DNA from: an uncultured Clostridia bacterium
GTDB taxonomy: Bacteria; Bacillota; Clostridia; Christensenellales; Borkfalkiaceae
DNA length: 64,000 bases
Assembly: GCA_947087265.1 (NCBI GenBank)
Contig: CAMUBY010000007.1
Location: 2,758-66,757, forward strand
Direction of reading: 5' to 3'
Shown here one piece after another: positions 9,859-20,762 of the stretch (its first letter is position 1; each line of letters opens with the position of its first letter). The notes below the pieces were generated by a model. That model saw only the letters and a list, made by a program, of their open reading frames with translations, was not told the origin of the DNA and did not search any database. The position numbers and the translations under genes were made by a program.

Positions 9859-10644
9859 TTACAGAAACCGCTCGTCCGTGAACAAATTTGCGCGAACGTT
9901 CGACTCCTTCAATAATTTCAAAAATTTTTGATAAAAACGGTTAAACCCGTAATATTCCGCCGCATAATGGGTGAGCAGCACCACGTTTACGCCCTTTTCA
10001 AAAAGCTCTTTGATAAGGTGATGCTTGCCGTCCGAAGAAACAAAGGTATCCGCACCGCTTTCGAGCGCAAACGAAACCGCTTCCGAGCTCATTCCCGCGC
10101 CGCAAAAACTTGCAACTTTCTTCACCGCTTTATTGCCGTATGCAACAATTTTATCCGTAAAAAACGTTTCACGCAGTTCCGCGATAAAACCGTTCATCGG
10201 CGTTTCTTTCCTGCTGCTTATTTTTCCGTATCCGCCTTGCGTAAGCGGTTCCATTACCTGCTCCGCAGTGCCGTTTGTAAGCCCTTTCATAAGGCAGTCG
10301 TCAATACCGCCCGAAGCACAGTCCAGATTCAAATGCGCCGAAATAACGGAAATACCGCTCTTTGCACATTCGAGAATTTCGCTACCCGCGCCCTCTTCCT
10401 GCAAAGAAGTGAGCGACCCGAAAATAGCGGGGTGGTGCGTGATAATGCAGTTTGCACCCAATTCCTTTGCCTTTGCGATTGCCGCTTTGCTCAAATCGAG
10501 CGAAAACAACACGTGCTTGATTTCTCCGCCGCAATCGAGTTGAATGCCGCTGTTGTCGTAAGCGTTGTATTTTTCGCAATATTCTTTGGAGAGCGCGAAC
10601 GGCGCAAGCGAATCCGCCATTTCATAAATCGTCTTCAAATACAT
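9859..10644 (-). CDS. Nif3-like dinuclear metal centre protein (YqfO family)
   Basis: ITHHP motif near residue 70, C-terminal LTHYAAE, and the trmK-nif3 gene pair typical of Firmicutes. Confidence 0.85.
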   Translation of the reverse strand: MYLKTIYEMADSLAPFALSKEYCEKYNAYDNSGIQLDCGGEIKHVLFSLDLSKAAIAKAKELGANCIITHHPAIFGSLTSLQEEGAGSEILECAKSGISVISAHLNLDCASGGIDDCLMKGLTNGTAEQVMEPLTQGGYGKISSRKETPMNGFIAELRETFFTDKIVAYGNKAVKKVASFCGAGMSSEAVSFALESGADTFVSSDGKHHLIKELFEKGVNVVLLTHYAAEYYGFNRFYQKFLKLLKESNVRANLFTDERFL

Positions 10645-11296
10645 CGTTCACCTCGTCGTAAAATTTGAGTTTTGCGAGCAGTTCTTCGCGCGACTTTACG
10701 CTCATCTTTGCCGTAAGGCGCTTGCGCAAATTTGCGCGTTCCCTGCGTATCTTCCGTTTGAAATCTTCCGTCGGCGCAAGCAGATTATCGCGCCCGAACA
10801 GCAGTTCAAAATCGGTGTAACGCTCGTCGGCGTGTTCATTTCCGCCCGATGAACCCACGATTAAATCGTAAAATTTACCGTCCTGAAATGTAAAATCTTT
10901 TGTAATACGCGCCCCTCGCGCAATTAAAAAACCGCGTACTTTTTCCGAGTTCTTCATGGGCTGTAACACAAAGTTCTGAGGAAGCGGAACGGATTCGAGA
11001 ATATGCACAATCTCTTCGCCGCCCATGCCGGCAATCAAAACGCAATCGCACGGCTCGGTAATACCCGAAAGCCCGTCCGCACACACCGCCGTACATTGCC
11101 CCGATTCCAGAAATTCCGCAAGCAGCGTTTCCGCTTTCTTCAAACTGCCCGCGCTGATGTCCGAAATATACGCCCTCTCGCACAAACCGTTTTGCAGCAT
11201 AAACTGCGTGCAGTAGCCGTGGTCGCACCCCACGTCCGCAAATACGCGCGCCTTAGGTAAATGCGAACAAATCACCGAAATACGCTTGGTCATCAA
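10622..11296 (-). CDS. trmK: tRNA (adenine22-N1)-methyltransferase
   Basis: [13 protein letters not shown]-binding start and IAGMGG motif. It lies immediately downstream of rpoD with an ATGA overlap. Confidence 0.85.
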   Translation of the reverse strand: MMTKRISVICSHLPKARVFADVGCDHGYCTQFMLQNGLCERAYISDISAGSLKKAETLLAEFLESGQCTAVCADGLSGITEPCDCVLIAGMGGEEIVHILESVPLPQNFVLQPMKNSEKVRGFLIARGARITKDFTFQDGKFYDLIVGSSGGNEHADERYTDFELLFGRDNLLAPTEDFKRKIRRERANLRKRLTAKMSVKSREELLAKLKFYDEVNDVFEDDL

Positions 11297-12348
11297 TCGA
11301 GGAAGTCTTTGAGTTTCTTGCTGCGGCTGGGGTGACGGAGTTTGCGGAGCGCCTTCGCTTCGATTTGGCGGATTCGTTCACGCGTGACGTTGAACTCCCT
11401 GCCCACTTCTTCGAGCGTTCTTGGCTTGCCGTCGTCGATTCCGTAACGCAGACGGAGCACTTTTTCTTCACGCGGCGTGAGCGTATCCAAAACGCCGAGC
11501 AACTGTTCTTTGAGCATGATGAACACAACGGAATCACCGGGGGTTTGGGTCTTATCGTCTTCGATGAAATCGCCGAGGTGGGAATCTTCTTCCTCGCCGA
11601 TGGGCGTTTCGAGGGAAACGGGGTCTTGCGCAATTTTACGGATTTCGCGCACTTTGGCAACGTCCACGCCCATTGCTTCGGCAATTTCTTCGGGCGAGGG
11701 TTCTCTGCCGAGTTCCTGCGTCAGCATACGCGAAACGCGCGTAAGTTTGTTGATGGTTTCCACCATGTGCACGGGAATGCGGATGGTACGCGCCTGGTCG
11801 GCAATCGCACGCGTAATCGATTGACGAATCCACCAGGTTGCATAGGTGGAGAATTTGAACCCCTTCTGGTAATCGAATTTTTCGACCGCCTTCATAAGCC
11901 CTAAATTCCCCTCCTGAATGAGGTCTAAAAAGAGCATTCCGCGCCCGACGTAACGTTTTGCAATGGAAACGACAAGCCTTAAATTGGCTTCGGAAAGCCG
12001 CTGTTTTGCAACCTCGTCGCCCTCCTGCATTTTACGCGCAAGTTCGATTTCTTCCTCGCCCGTAAGGAGCGGTACCCTGCCGATGTCTTTTAAGTACATC
12101 TTTACGGGGTCGTCGAGTCCGATATCCGAAAGCGCCTGCTCGAACAGTTCCTTGTCGCGCTCGTCCTCGTCGATAATGGTAATACCCATATCGGGCAACG
12201 ATTTATAAACAAGTTCGATTTGCTGCGGGTTCAGTTCAAACCGTTCCAAAGCGTCGCAAAGCGCGTTGGTGGAAATGCTCCCCTTCATTTTATAGGCGTC
12301 CGCGATACTGGAAATGAGTTCGCCGAGCTGTTGTTCCGTCACATTCAT
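11293..12348 (-). CDS. rpoD: Primary RNA polymerase sigma factor (SigA/RpoD)
   Basis: Full regions 1.2-4.2 are present: [59 protein letters not shown]. Confidence 0.95.
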   Translation of the reverse strand: MNVTEQQLGELISSIADAYKMKGSISTNALCDALERFELNPQQIELVYKSLPDMGITIIDEDERDKELFEQALSDIGLDDPVKMYLKDIGRVPLLTGEEEIELARKMQEGDEVAKQRLSEANLRLVVSIAKRYVGRGMLFLDLIQEGNLGLMKAVEKFDYQKGFKFSTYATWWIRQSITRAIADQARTIRIPVHMVETINKLTRVSRMLTQELGREPSPEEIAEAMGVDVAKVREIRKIAQDPVSLETPIGEEEDSHLGDFIEDDKTQTPGDSVVFIMLKEQLLGVLDTLTPREEKVLRLRYGIDDGKPRTLEEVGREFNVTRERIRQIEAKALRKLRHPSRSKKLKDFLD

Positions 12349-14144
12349 ATTCTTCCTCCGATGCGAATGTTTTTCATTTTTTTCGTATAATCGTCTATTC
12401 GCGCGAGTATTTCGCGCTTTTCTTCCGTCGTTTTAGCCGTGGCGAGTTTCTCCGTTTCGGCGGCTTTTTTGTCCGCTAAGGTCTGCCGCTGTAAAGTTGC
12501 TATGCTGTCAGAAAAGTACTGCCTGCCCTCTTCGCTGTCGAGGTTGTCGCCGTAATCGAGATTAAGTACTTCCGAAAGTTCCGCCGAGTCCGAACCCAGC
12601 ACGTCGAAAATACCGCTCGGACGTACTTCTCCAGATTTTCTGCTTTCCGTGATATATTCGGCAATCGCACGATGTTCTTCTTCCTGAAATTCGATTTGCG
12701 TCAAGTCGAAACTCTGCGCGTAGGGTTTGGAAAGCAGACACGCCGCAAGCACAAACCGCGCCGCTTTTTTCACGCCCCAAACGTTCTCTTCTTTTACTGG
12801 CACAGCCTTCACGGGTACGGGAGCGGCAACCGCAGGCGCCGCTTCCAAATCCCTTAACAGCGAAGAAAGCGTAACGCCCGAAATGTCCGACAGTTTTTTC
12901 AACAGTTCTTCGCGTTCGGTCGCGCTTTCCGCTTCCTTTACGATGGGCAGCGCCTCGCGGATAAAATCGCGCTTTTCGTCCGTCTTGTTTAAGTCGTACT
13001 TCCTCTGTGCGGCAAAAATGCGGTAATCGATGAGCGGCATGGCGTTATCGAGGCACTTCTGATACCCCTCCGCGCCGCGTTTCTGAATCACGTCGTCGGG
13101 GTCTAAGCCTTCGGGCATGGGCACTACGCGCACCTTAATGCCCTCCTGCTTGAAAATATCCAGTCCGCGCAAATTCGCTTTCTGCCCCGCGAAATCGCCG
13201 TCGTAACTGATAAACACGTTTTCGGAATACCGTTTGCACAGCCTTGCCTGTTCTTTGGTGAGCGACGTGCCCATACTCGCCACCACGTTATGAAAGCCGG
13301 CTTCGTAGAGGGAAATGGCGTCCATATACCCCTCTACCATAATGACGGACGACAGCCCGCCCGCGCGTTTTTCCTTTTTCACGAGGTTGATATTGTATAA
13401 ATTTTTGCTCTTGTTGAAGAGGAGCGTTTCGCGCGTGTTCTTGTATTTGGCGCGGTCGGCTTTTTCGAGCAGCCGTCCGCCGAAGGCAATCACTTCGTCC
13501 ATGTGATTGATAACGGGGATAATCAGCCGACCGCCGAGCGAGTCGAAAATCCTCCCCTCGTCGGTTTTGGCACAAACGCCGCTCTCGACGCATTCTTCCG
13601 CCGTATACCCCTGCGCGAGCAGGTGAGCGGGCAGGGCGTTAAAATCGAGCGACGCGCCTATCCCGAATTTTTTCATGGTCGATTGCGACACCCGTCTCTT
13701 CGCTAGGTATGCAAGATGCGGTTCCGCGCGCCCCGAATAGAGGTTGTTAAGATAAAACCGCGCCGTATCTTTTAAGAGGCTCAAAAGTCTGTCGCGCTTA
13801 CGTTTTTTCTCGGCGGTCTCCTCGGCGGAGCGGCCGTCATACGCAGGTACTTCCAATCCCGCGCGGGCGGCAAGAATCTGCACCGCTTGCGCGTAGTCTA
13901 CGTTTTCATAGTTCTTTACAAAGGTGATGACGTCGCCCGATTCCGAGCATCCGAAACAGTGGTAATACTTGTCCGCCGCGTTAATATGGAAAGAAGGCGT
14001 ATTTTCATGATGAAAGGGACAACACGCCCAATAATCGTAGCCCCTGCGCTCCAATTTGAGGTAAGAGCCGATGACGTCCACCAAGTCGTTTTTCTCTTTG
14101 AGTACGCGTATGAATTCCGCGTACTCCGAATTCTGCATTCTCAT
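12345..14144 (-). CDS. dnaG: DNA primase
   Basis: Zinc-binding [14 protein letters not shown]...CFGC, TOPRIM EGYMD...DGDFAG, and the dnaG-rpoD operon order. Confidence 0.95.
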   Translation of the reverse strand: MRMQNSEYAEFIRVLKEKNDLVDVIGSYLKLERRGYDYWACCPFHHENTPSFHINAADKYYHCFGCSESGDVITFVKNYENVDYAQAVQILAARAGLEVPAYDGRSAEETAEKKRKRDRLLSLLKDTARFYLNNLYSGRAEPHLAYLAKRRVSQSTMKKFGIGASLDFNALPAHLLAQGYTAEECVESGVCAKTDEGRIFDSLGGRLIIPVINHMDEVIAFGGRLLEKADRAKYKNTRETLLFNKSKNLYNINLVKKEKRAGGLSSVIMVEGYMDAISLYEAGFHNVVASMGTSLTKEQARLCKRYSENVFISYDGDFAGQKANLRGLDIFKQEGIKVRVVPMPEGLDPDDVIQKRGAEGYQKCLDNAMPLIDYRIFAAQRKYDLNKTDEKRDFIREALPIVKEAESATEREELLKKLSDISGVTLSSLLRDLEAAPAVAAPVPVKAVPVKEENVWGVKKAARFVLAACLLSKPYAQSFDLTQIEFQEEEHRAIAEYITESRKSGEVRPSGIFDVLGSDSAELSEVLNLDYGDNLDSEEGRQYFSDSIATLQRQTLADKKAAETEKLATAKTTEEKREILARIDDYTKKMKNIRIGGRI

Positions 14145-15130
14145 ACGCTCCCCTCCTGCGGCACGAACAGGCGGTTGAATACGCCGATGGCATACTTGTC
14201 CGTCATGGAAGAGAGATAGTCGCAGACGGCGCGCGGCACGTCGGTTTGAGCAGTTTTCAGATACAACTGCGGCAATTCTTCGGGGCGGTTCATAAAGTAT
14301 GTATATAAGTTGGTAATCAAGCGCTCCGCACTCTCTTGTATGAGTTTATTTGCACGTTCGTATACGTGTTCGAACATAAATGTTCTGAGTAAATCCAGCG
14401 CACGCCCCGTTTTTTCGGACATACGAACGTAATCTTTTCCCTTAGATTCCTGGTAAATATCGAGAATGGCTGCGTTGATGCGTTCGGACGTATCCGAACC
14501 GAACACGCGCACTGCCTCTTCGGGAAGTTCTTCCGCTTTGAGAAACCCTGCGCGAATGGCGTCCTCGATGTCGTGATTGATATAGGCGATGCGGTCGGCA
14601 AGGGAAACTGCCGCCCCTTCGAGCGTGGCAGGCTTGCCGCTCTTCGTGTGGTTGATAATACCGTTTCGCACTTCAAACGTGAGATTGAGTCCGTTTCCGT
14701 CCTTTTCGAGTACGTCTACGACGCGAAGACTCTGTTCGTTGTGTCGGAACCCGTGCGGCGAGAGCGCGTTCAGCACCCGTTCCCCCACGTGTCCGAACGG
14801 CGTATGCCCCAAATCGTGCCCCAAAGCGATGGCTTCCGTCAAATCTTCGTTGAGGGATAAACACCGCGCCAGAGAACGCGCGATTTGAGAAACGTCGAGC
14901 GTGTGCGTAAGGCGCGACATATAATGGTCGCCGTCGGGCGCAAAAAAGACCTGCGTCTTATTTTTCAAACGCAGAAACGCTTTCGAGTAGATAATGCGGT
15001 CTCTGTCGCGCTGAAAGTCCGTGCGCATCCCGCAGGGCTTTTCGTCGCGCAACCGTCCTTTACTCTCGAACGATTTTTTTGCATAGGGCGATAAAAACGC
15101 CTTTTCTTTTTCAAAGGTAATTTCCTTCAT
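14141..15130 (-). CDS. dgt: dGTP triphosphohydrolase-like HD-domain protein
   Basis: RLTHTLDVSQIAR and LGHDLGHTPFGH HD motifs. It sits upstream of dnaG with a 4-nt overlap. Confidence 0.85.
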   Translation of the reverse strand: MKEITFEKEKAFLSPYAKKSFESKGRLRDEKPCGMRTDFQRDRDRIIYSKAFLRLKNKTQVFFAPDGDHYMSRLTHTLDVSQIARSLARCLSLNEDLTEAIALGHDLGHTPFGHVGERVLNALSPHGFRHNEQSLRVVDVLEKDGNGLNLTFEVRNGIINHTKSGKPATLEGAAVSLADRIAYINHDIEDAIRAGFLKAEELPEEAVRVFGSDTSERINAAILDIYQESKGKDYVRMSEKTGRALDLLRTFMFEHVYERANKLIQESAERLITNLYTYFMNRPEELPQLYLKTAQTDVPRAVCDYLSSMTDKYAIGVFNRLFVPQEGSV

Positions 15131-15246
15131 CTTTTATTATTTCGGCGAAAAATAAAAAAACTCCTTTTTTTCAGGAGATTTTTTCATAAAAATATTGAAT
15201 TTTTTGCACATTATCAAATCGTGCTCCGTGGCATTATGGAAACCTT

Positions 15247-15948
15247 CTAAATTGCAAAACCGCCGTTTACGCAAAGAATCTGCCCCGTAATGTAGGTCGC
15301 CTCCGCAAGAAACAGCACCGCGCGCGCCACTTCCTCCGCCGTGCCGAAGCGGCCAAGCGGAATTTCCTCCGTGAGCGCCGCCGCCTCTTCTTCGGAAAGA
15401 TGCGCGTTCATTTCGGTACCGATAACACCGGGGGAAACGCAATTCACCGTAATGCCGCTCGGCGCAAGTTCCTTGGCAAGCGCCTTGGTGAAACTGTCAA
15501 CCGCGCCTTTGGAAGCGGAATAAACGCTTTCGCAACTCCCGCCCGTCTGTCCCCATACGGAAGAAATATTCACAATCGCGCCGCCTTCCCCGAGCATCTT
15601 TTTTACAGCATACTTTGTACAGAAAAACACGCCCCCCGCATTCACGTCCATCACGCGCCGATACTCCGCCTCAGTAGTATCCTGCACCTGTGCATAAAGC
15701 GCAACGCCCGCGTTGTTAACCAGCAAATCGAGCCGCGGAATAGTGTCAAAAACCGCTTTCACCGCCTGTTCGTCGCTCACGTCCGCCTGTACGAAATTTA
15801 CTTCGGGCAACTCCTTTTTGGCTTCCGATAAGCCGCCGCCCGCGGAATACAGCGCGGTCACAAGGTAATCGTGCCGTACCAACAGTTTACAGACTGCAAG
15901 CCCGATTCCGCGCGTTCCGCCCGTTACAACCGCCTGTTTCATGTTCAC
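15247..15948 (-). CDS. SDR-family oxidoreductase (FabG-like)
   Basis: TGGTRGIG cofactor motif, NNAG, and catalytic YSASK. Confidence 0.8.
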   Translation of the reverse strand: MNMKQAVVTGGTRGIGLAVCKLLVRHDYLVTALYSAGGGLSEAKKELPEVNFVQADVSDEQAVKAVFDTIPRLDLLVNNAGVALYAQVQDTTEAEYRRVMDVNAGGVFFCTKYAVKKMLGEGGAIVNISSVWGQTGGSCESVYSASKGAVDSFTKALAKELAPSGITVNCVSPGVIGTEMNAHLSEEEAAALTEEIPLGRFGTAEEVARAVLFLAEATYITGQILCVNGGFAI

Positions 15949-16445
15949 TCCTTGATACGCGCGAGAATTTCCCGCGCCACTCTGTCCACCGATTTCCCGT
16001 CCGTATTCACAATGTAATCCGCCACACGCTCATAGACGGGAGTACGCTCTTTGAGCAAAACGTTTAAGCGTTCTTCCCTGCCCTCGCCGCTAAGAAGAGG
16101 GCGCGAACCATCGTCGCGCACGCGCGAGAGAATCGCCGCCGCCGAAGCCCGCAAAAAAATTATTTTTCCGTTCCGTTTTAAGAGTTCCACATTCTCCGTC
16201 GCAAGCACCAGACCGCCGCCCGTAGAGATGACGAGTCCGTCCTTTTCGGCAAGTTCGCGCACGGTCTCCGTTTCGAGCGCACGGAAATACGCTTCGCCGT
16301 GCTGTGCAAAAATATCCGAAATCTTGCCGTATTTATCTGCAATCAATCTGTCGGTATCCAACCATTCTCTGTGCATCAGGCGCGCAATTCTTCGCCCCAC
16401 GCTCGATTTTCCTGCGCCCATCATGCCGCAAAGCACAATGTTCAT
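15945..16445 (-). CDS. aroK: Shikimate kinase
   Basis: GMMGAGKSSVG P-loop and ISTGGG motif, in shikimate cluster context. Confidence 0.9.
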   Translation of the reverse strand: MNIVLCGMMGAGKSSVGRRIARLMHREWLDTDRLIADKYGKISDIFAQHGEAYFRALETETVRELAEKDGLVISTGGGLVLATENVELLKRNGKIIFLRASAAAILSRVRDDGSRPLLSGEGREERLNVLLKERTPVYERVADYIVNTDGKSVDRVAREILARIKE

Positions 16446-16864
16446 AAACGGAAACTCTCCATGGCAAGCAGGTAACTGTTTTTACCGAACCCTAAAATTT
16501 CACCGCGGCAAACTTCCGTCAACACCGATTTATGGCGGAATTCCTCGCGCGCGTATACATTGCTCATGTGCACTTCCACCACGGGCACGGAAACCGCGGC
16601 AATCGCATCGCGGATGGCAACCGAATAGTGCGTATACGCGCCTGCGTTCAAAACGATTCCGTCATACTTGCCTTGTGCGTTGTGAATATAATTGCACAGT
16701 TCGCCCTCTAAATTGCTCTGTACACAGTCCACGCTGTACCCGTGCTCTTCGGCGTAAGTTTGCAGTTCGCGGTTAATCTCTTCGAGGGTCTGCTGTCCGT
16801 AAACGCCCTTTTCACGCGTTCCCGTCAAATTAAGATTGACGCCGTTCAGAATGAGTAATTTCAT
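16442..16864 (-). CDS. aroQ: 3-dehydroquinate dehydratase, type II
   Basis: MKLLILNGVNLNLTGTREKGVYG and NAGAYTHYSVAIRDA motifs. The start is set at the internal Met that forms an ATGA overlap with aroE. Confidence 0.9.
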   Translation of the reverse strand: MKLLILNGVNLNLTGTREKGVYGQQTLEEINRELQTYAEEHGYSVDCVQSNLEGELCNYIHNAQGKYDGIVLNAGAYTHYSVAIRDAIAAVSVPVVEVHMSNVYAREEFRHKSVLTEVCRGEILGFGKNSYLLAMESFRL

Positions 16865-17661
16865 ATGTTTTTCTCCCGATAGGTATTCCATAATTCCTTC
16901 GCCTGCGCGGCGGAAGGTTCTCTGCCCAAATAGATACAATCGCTCCTGTATGCCTGATAAAAGAGCATCGCCGCGCCGTTCAGCGTACGTTTTTGCAAAG
17001 TGCGCGCAAGGCGCAAAAATTCCGATTCCTGCGGTTCGTAAATTAAATCAACCGCCGCCGAACAAAGCGACAATAAATCGCTGCCCACAGGCGATTTTCC
17101 AACCGTATCGTGCATTCCCACGCCCGTGCAGTTTACAATGATATCGAACGGTATCATCTCGATTTCGCTTAGCGGCGTAAATCCGCCCACCTCACGCTTT
17201 ACGGTTTGCAACCTTTCAAACGACTTATCGTAAACGAACACGCCTGCACGCGTTTCAACCAACTTCTTAATACAGCTTCTGCCCGCACCGCCTGCGCCCA
17301 ACACCAAAACTTTTTTGCCCGAAACCGCAATTCCTGCATTTTCGAGCATCAGCAAAAATCCGTATCCGTCCGTATTGTAGCCCGTCCGCGTCGCCGAAAC
17401 AACGGTGTTCACCGCACCGAAAGAACGCGCGTCCCCTTTCAATTCTTTCAGAAAAGGAATTATCTCTCCCTTAAAAGGAATGGTCACATTGAATGCGTCG
17501 TATGTTTCAAACAACGACTCTGCACGCGCCGCAAACTGTTCGGGAGGAATAGAAACGGTATCGTAAGTGCACCGTTCTCCCATTGCGCCTAAAATAAACG
17601 CGTGCATAGCAGGACTTTGCGATTTGGAAACGTCCTTTCCGACGACGGCAAGTTTTAACAT
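16861..17661 (-). CDS. aroE: Shikimate dehydrogenase
   Basis: SQSPAMH, NVTIPFK and GAGGAG Rossmann motifs. Confidence 0.85.
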   Translation of the reverse strand: MLKLAVVGKDVSKSQSPAMHAFILGAMGERCTYDTVSIPPEQFAARAESLFETYDAFNVTIPFKGEIIPFLKELKGDARSFGAVNTVVSATRTGYNTDGYGFLLMLENAGIAVSGKKVLVLGAGGAGRSCIKKLVETRAGVFVYDKSFERLQTVKREVGGFTPLSEIEMIPFDIIVNCTGVGMHDTVGKSPVGSDLLSLCSAAVDLIYEPQESEFLRLARTLQKRTLNGAAMLFYQAYRSDCIYLGREPSAAQAKELWNTYREKNI

Positions 17662-18698
17662 ATACTGTCTCCGAGTTTTTTGAGCTCTCTTTTATACTGC
17701 GTAAACGGCAGTTCGAGAAGCTCAAATTTACCTTTTGCGGTGGGCACGGCAAGCGCAATGCTGTCGTTCTTCGCATTCTTTTTATCGAGCCGAGCAAGTT
17801 CCGCCGCCGCTACGGGGTCGGTTTTCGGCACGGTGCCCAGCACCTTGACCGCTAAATTGTGCAACACGCGCAAATACGCTTCGTCGCATTTGAGATATTT
17901 TTTTGCGATTTCGATTTCGTAGAGAAGCCCTAAAAGCACATACTCGCCGTGCGAGAGTCCGCCTCCGCTGAGTTCAAATGCGTGCCCCGTGGTATGCCCC
18001 ACGTTGAGAAATTTACGCAGTCCCGTTTCGTAAGGGTCGTTTTGCACAAACGCCGTTTTTACGGCAATATTGTCGGGAACGATACCGCCTAAAAATTCCA
18101 AATCAAAAAGCCTTGCACGGTTGGCAATCAACCTGTCGAACAGCACGCCCGAAAGCGCCGAATGTTTGACGATTTCCCCTAATCCGCAGCGGAGTTCGCG
18201 CTCGGGTAATGTTCCCAAAAACTCACTATCGACAAACACGCGCGAGGGCATTTTGAACGCCCCCACCAGATTTTTAATTCCCCCGAAGTCGACGGCTGTC
18301 TTTCCGCCGACCGAAGAATCGACCTGCGCGAGCAAAGTCGTCGGAATTTGAACACAGTCGATACCGCGCATATAGAGCGCGCTGGCAAGACCGCCGATAT
18401 CCCCGACGACGCCGCCGCCGATACATACGAGCGTATCCTTACGGTGGAGCCCCGCTTTTGCCATTTCACGAAGAAGCGCAAACAGCGTTTCTGGCGTCTT
18501 GTGTTCTTCGCCCGCGTCCATAGCAAAAATCGGCTTTTTCGGAAACTTTTTTTTGATTTTCTTTTCGTAAAGCGAAAGCATGTTGGTATCGGTAAACACA
18601 AACGCCGCGGAAATTTCCGCGCTTTCAAACACGCCCCGTCCGCAGAAAATTTCGCTCTTTTCAGGGCGCAGTTCCGTTTGAATGCAAAACGTTTTCAT
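17655..18698 (-). CDS. aroB: 3-dehydroquinate synthase
   Basis: GGGVVGDIGG glycine-rich loop, and metal-site GHTTGHAFE and HGEYV. Confidence 0.9.
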   Translation of the reverse strand: MKTFCIQTELRPEKSEIFCGRGVFESAEISAAFVFTDTNMLSLYEKKIKKKFPKKPIFAMDAGEEHKTPETLFALLREMAKAGLHRKDTLVCIGGGVVGDIGGLASALYMRGIDCVQIPTTLLAQVDSSVGGKTAVDFGGIKNLVGAFKMPSRVFVDSEFLGTLPERELRCGLGEIVKHSALSGVLFDRLIANRARLFDLEFLGGIVPDNIAVKTAFVQNDPYETGLRKFLNVGHTTGHAFELSGGGLSHGEYVLLGLLYEIEIAKKYLKCDEAYLRVLHNLAVKVLGTVPKTDPVAAAELARLDKKNAKNDSIALAVPTAKGKFELLELPFTQYKRELKKLGDSIC

Positions 18699-19825
18699 GA
18701 GGGAAGCCTCCCGTAACGCTCGGAAATTTCGCTCACATTGTCGCCGCCCAAACGCTCGCAGACAACCGCCGCAAGTTCGCTTGCAACAACGCTTTCAAGA
18801 ATAACTTCCAAAGCGAGAATCGCCGTCACGTCGCTGCGTTCCGCCGCCGCACGCGCGGCTTTTCCCGTTTCAACGTCCACCGTATTCAGCCCTTTCATGA
18901 GAGTCGGAATGGGCTTCATTGCCGCACGGAGTACAATTTCTTCCCCGTTGCTCATGCCGCCTTCGATGCCGCCTGCGCGGTTGGTTTTGCGAATGTACTC
19001 ACCCTCAGCGGCAAAAATTTCATCGTGCACTTCACTGCCGCGCCTCTCTGCCGCCTGAAAGCCGATTCCCACTTCCACGCCCTTTACCGCCTGTACGCTC
19101 ATGAGCGCGCCGCAAAGCCGCGCGTCGAGTTTTTGGGCGTACGTCATACAACTGCCGAACCCGCTTTTCAAGCCTTTTACGCGCACTTCCGCAACGCCGC
19201 CGCAGGTATCGCCCTCCGCTTTCAAACGGTCGATGAGCGCAACCGCTTCCTCCTGCTTGTGCTTGTCTAACATAAAGAGTTCGGGCAAGCGTTTGTTTGC
19301 GATTTCTTCAAACGAATATTCCCGTTCGTCTTTCACCGTCAGTACGGAGCGGACGTAGCCCGTAATTTCCACGCCGAGCGCTTTCAAAAACTGACGGCAC
19401 ACCGCGCCCGCCGCCGTCCGCACCGCCGTTTCGCGCGCGGAGGCGCGTTCTAAAATATTACGCGCGTCCTGCACGTTGAATTTTTTGATACCCGTCAAAT
19501 CCGCGTGCCCCGGGCGCACTTTTGTCAGACGGCGAAGGGAAGTATCGCACCCCTCGGGCGCCATACACTCCGCCCAGTTTTCATAGTCGCGGTTATAAAC
19601 GGCGAGCGTGACGGGACTGCCGAGCGTAACTTTATTCCGCACGCCCGAAAGAATTTCCGCTTTGTCCGTTTCGATTTTTTGCCGTCCGCCTCTGCCGTAG
19701 CCGCTTTGACGGAGCGCAAGATATGAATTGATTTCTTCTAAATCAAGCGTGAGCCCCGCAGGAAGCCCCTCAATGATTGCAATCAGCGCTTTTCCGTGCG
19801 ATTCGCCGGCAGTGGTAATTTTCAT
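18695..19825 (-). CDS. aroC: Chorismate synthase
   Basis: MKITTAGESHGKALIAIIEG N-terminus, GRGGRQ motif, RPGHAD. The start is set at the internal Met (19825); the longer ORF-track start overlaps the upstream gene. Confidence 0.9.
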   Translation of the reverse strand: MKITTAGESHGKALIAIIEGLPAGLTLDLEEINSYLALRQSGYGRGGRQKIETDKAEILSGVRNKVTLGSPVTLAVYNRDYENWAECMAPEGCDTSLRRLTKVRPGHADLTGIKKFNVQDARNILERASARETAVRTAAGAVCRQFLKALGVEITGYVRSVLTVKDEREYSFEEIANKRLPELFMLDKHKQEEAVALIDRLKAEGDTCGGVAEVRVKGLKSGFGSCMTYAQKLDARLCGALMSVQAVKGVEVGIGFQAAERRGSEVHDEIFAAEGEYIRKTNRAGGIEGGMSNGEEIVLRAAMKPIPTLMKGLNTVDVETGKAARAAAERSDVTAILALEVILESVVASELAAVVCERLGGDNVSEISERYGRLPS

Positions 19826-19829
19826 AGGT

Positions 19830-20762
19830 TTACTCCAAAACTGTATAATTTCCGTTCTTGATTGAAATAACGATTGTTCCGAGTTCGTCCGTGCGGTAAA
19901 CGTCTGCACCGCACTCCGCAAGCCGTGCAACCGTACCGCCCGCAGGATGAGCATAAGAATTGCCCCTGCCGCAACTGATGACGGCGGTACTCGGTTTGAG
20001 AAGTTTTAGCCATTCCTCAGACGAAGAATATGCGGAGCCGTGATGAGAAACTTTCAGAACGTGCGTTTCTTCGAGCCGAACGCGGTAACTGCCGCTGTCG
20101 AACATTCCTTCCATGAGCGCATACTCGCTCAAAAGTTTTTCTTCCCGCTTTGCGGAAATATCTCCGCCGAGCAAAAAATTTACGCCGCCGCAATTTACAA
20201 ACAGAACGGTGGAACTCTCGTTCGTATCCGTAAATTCCGACGAATCGGGAGAAATACAAACCGCATAAGCGCCAGAAAATCTGTCGATGACCGAATAGCG
20301 TTTCAGCGTATTCACAGCGCAACCGCTGTCTTTCACCGCAGAAAGAAACCGTTTGTACGCACCTGATTCCGAGGGGATAAGCGGCAGATACACGCTGTCT
20401 GCACCGAATGTTTGTATGAACTGAGCAAAACCGCCGTAGTGGTCTGAATCTGCGTGCGTTGCAATCATGGTATAGGAATTTGCACGCAAGCCTTTGAGAT
20501 AACGGACAAGTCTGTTTTCCGTAATAAACGCGCCGTCGCCGGAATCGACAATCATCACGCCGTCCGCATACTCGAAAACGGTGCAGTCGCCCTCGTCGGC
20601 GTCTAAAAAATGTACGCGGATTTCCCCTTCGCCGAGCGGAGGAATTTTTCGGGCGGGCAATAGCGTTTTTAGCGGTAAGAAGTATTCGAGCAGCGCCAGA
20701 AGAATCACCATGCCCGCGCAAACGGTAATATAAACTATCTTTTTGAGCGACGACGTTTTCAA
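19830..20762 (-). CDS. ComEC/Rec2-related metallo-beta-lactamase domain protein with N-terminal TM helix
   Basis: N-terminal hydrophobic helix, THADSDHYGG metal motif, and C-terminal VSHHGS and YAHP motifs as in the ComEC MBL domain. Confidence 0.7.
   Translation of the reverse strand: MKTSSLKKIVYITVCAGMVILLALLEYFLPLKTLLPARKIPPLGEGEIRVHFLDADEGDCTVFEYADGVMIVDSGDGAFITENRLVRYLKGLRANSYTMIATHADSDHYGGFAQFIQTFGADSVYLPLIPSESGAYKRFLSAVKDSGCAVNTLKRYSVIDRFSGAYAVCISPDSSEFTDTNESSTVLFVNCGGVNFLLGGDISAKREEKLLSEYALMEGMFDSGSYRVRLEETHVLKVSHHGSAYSSSEEWLKLLKPSTAVISCGRGNSYAHPAGGTVARLAECGADVYRTDELGTIVISIKNGNYTVLE

Noticed and set aside
15945-19825. The shikimate cluster aroC-aroB-aroE-aroQ-aroK lacks aroA (EPSP synthase), and DAHP synthase and pheA sit 10 kb away
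   Set aside because: Dispersed aro genes are common, and aroA is most likely elsewhere in the genome. This is not evidence of pathway loss or novelty from this window alone.
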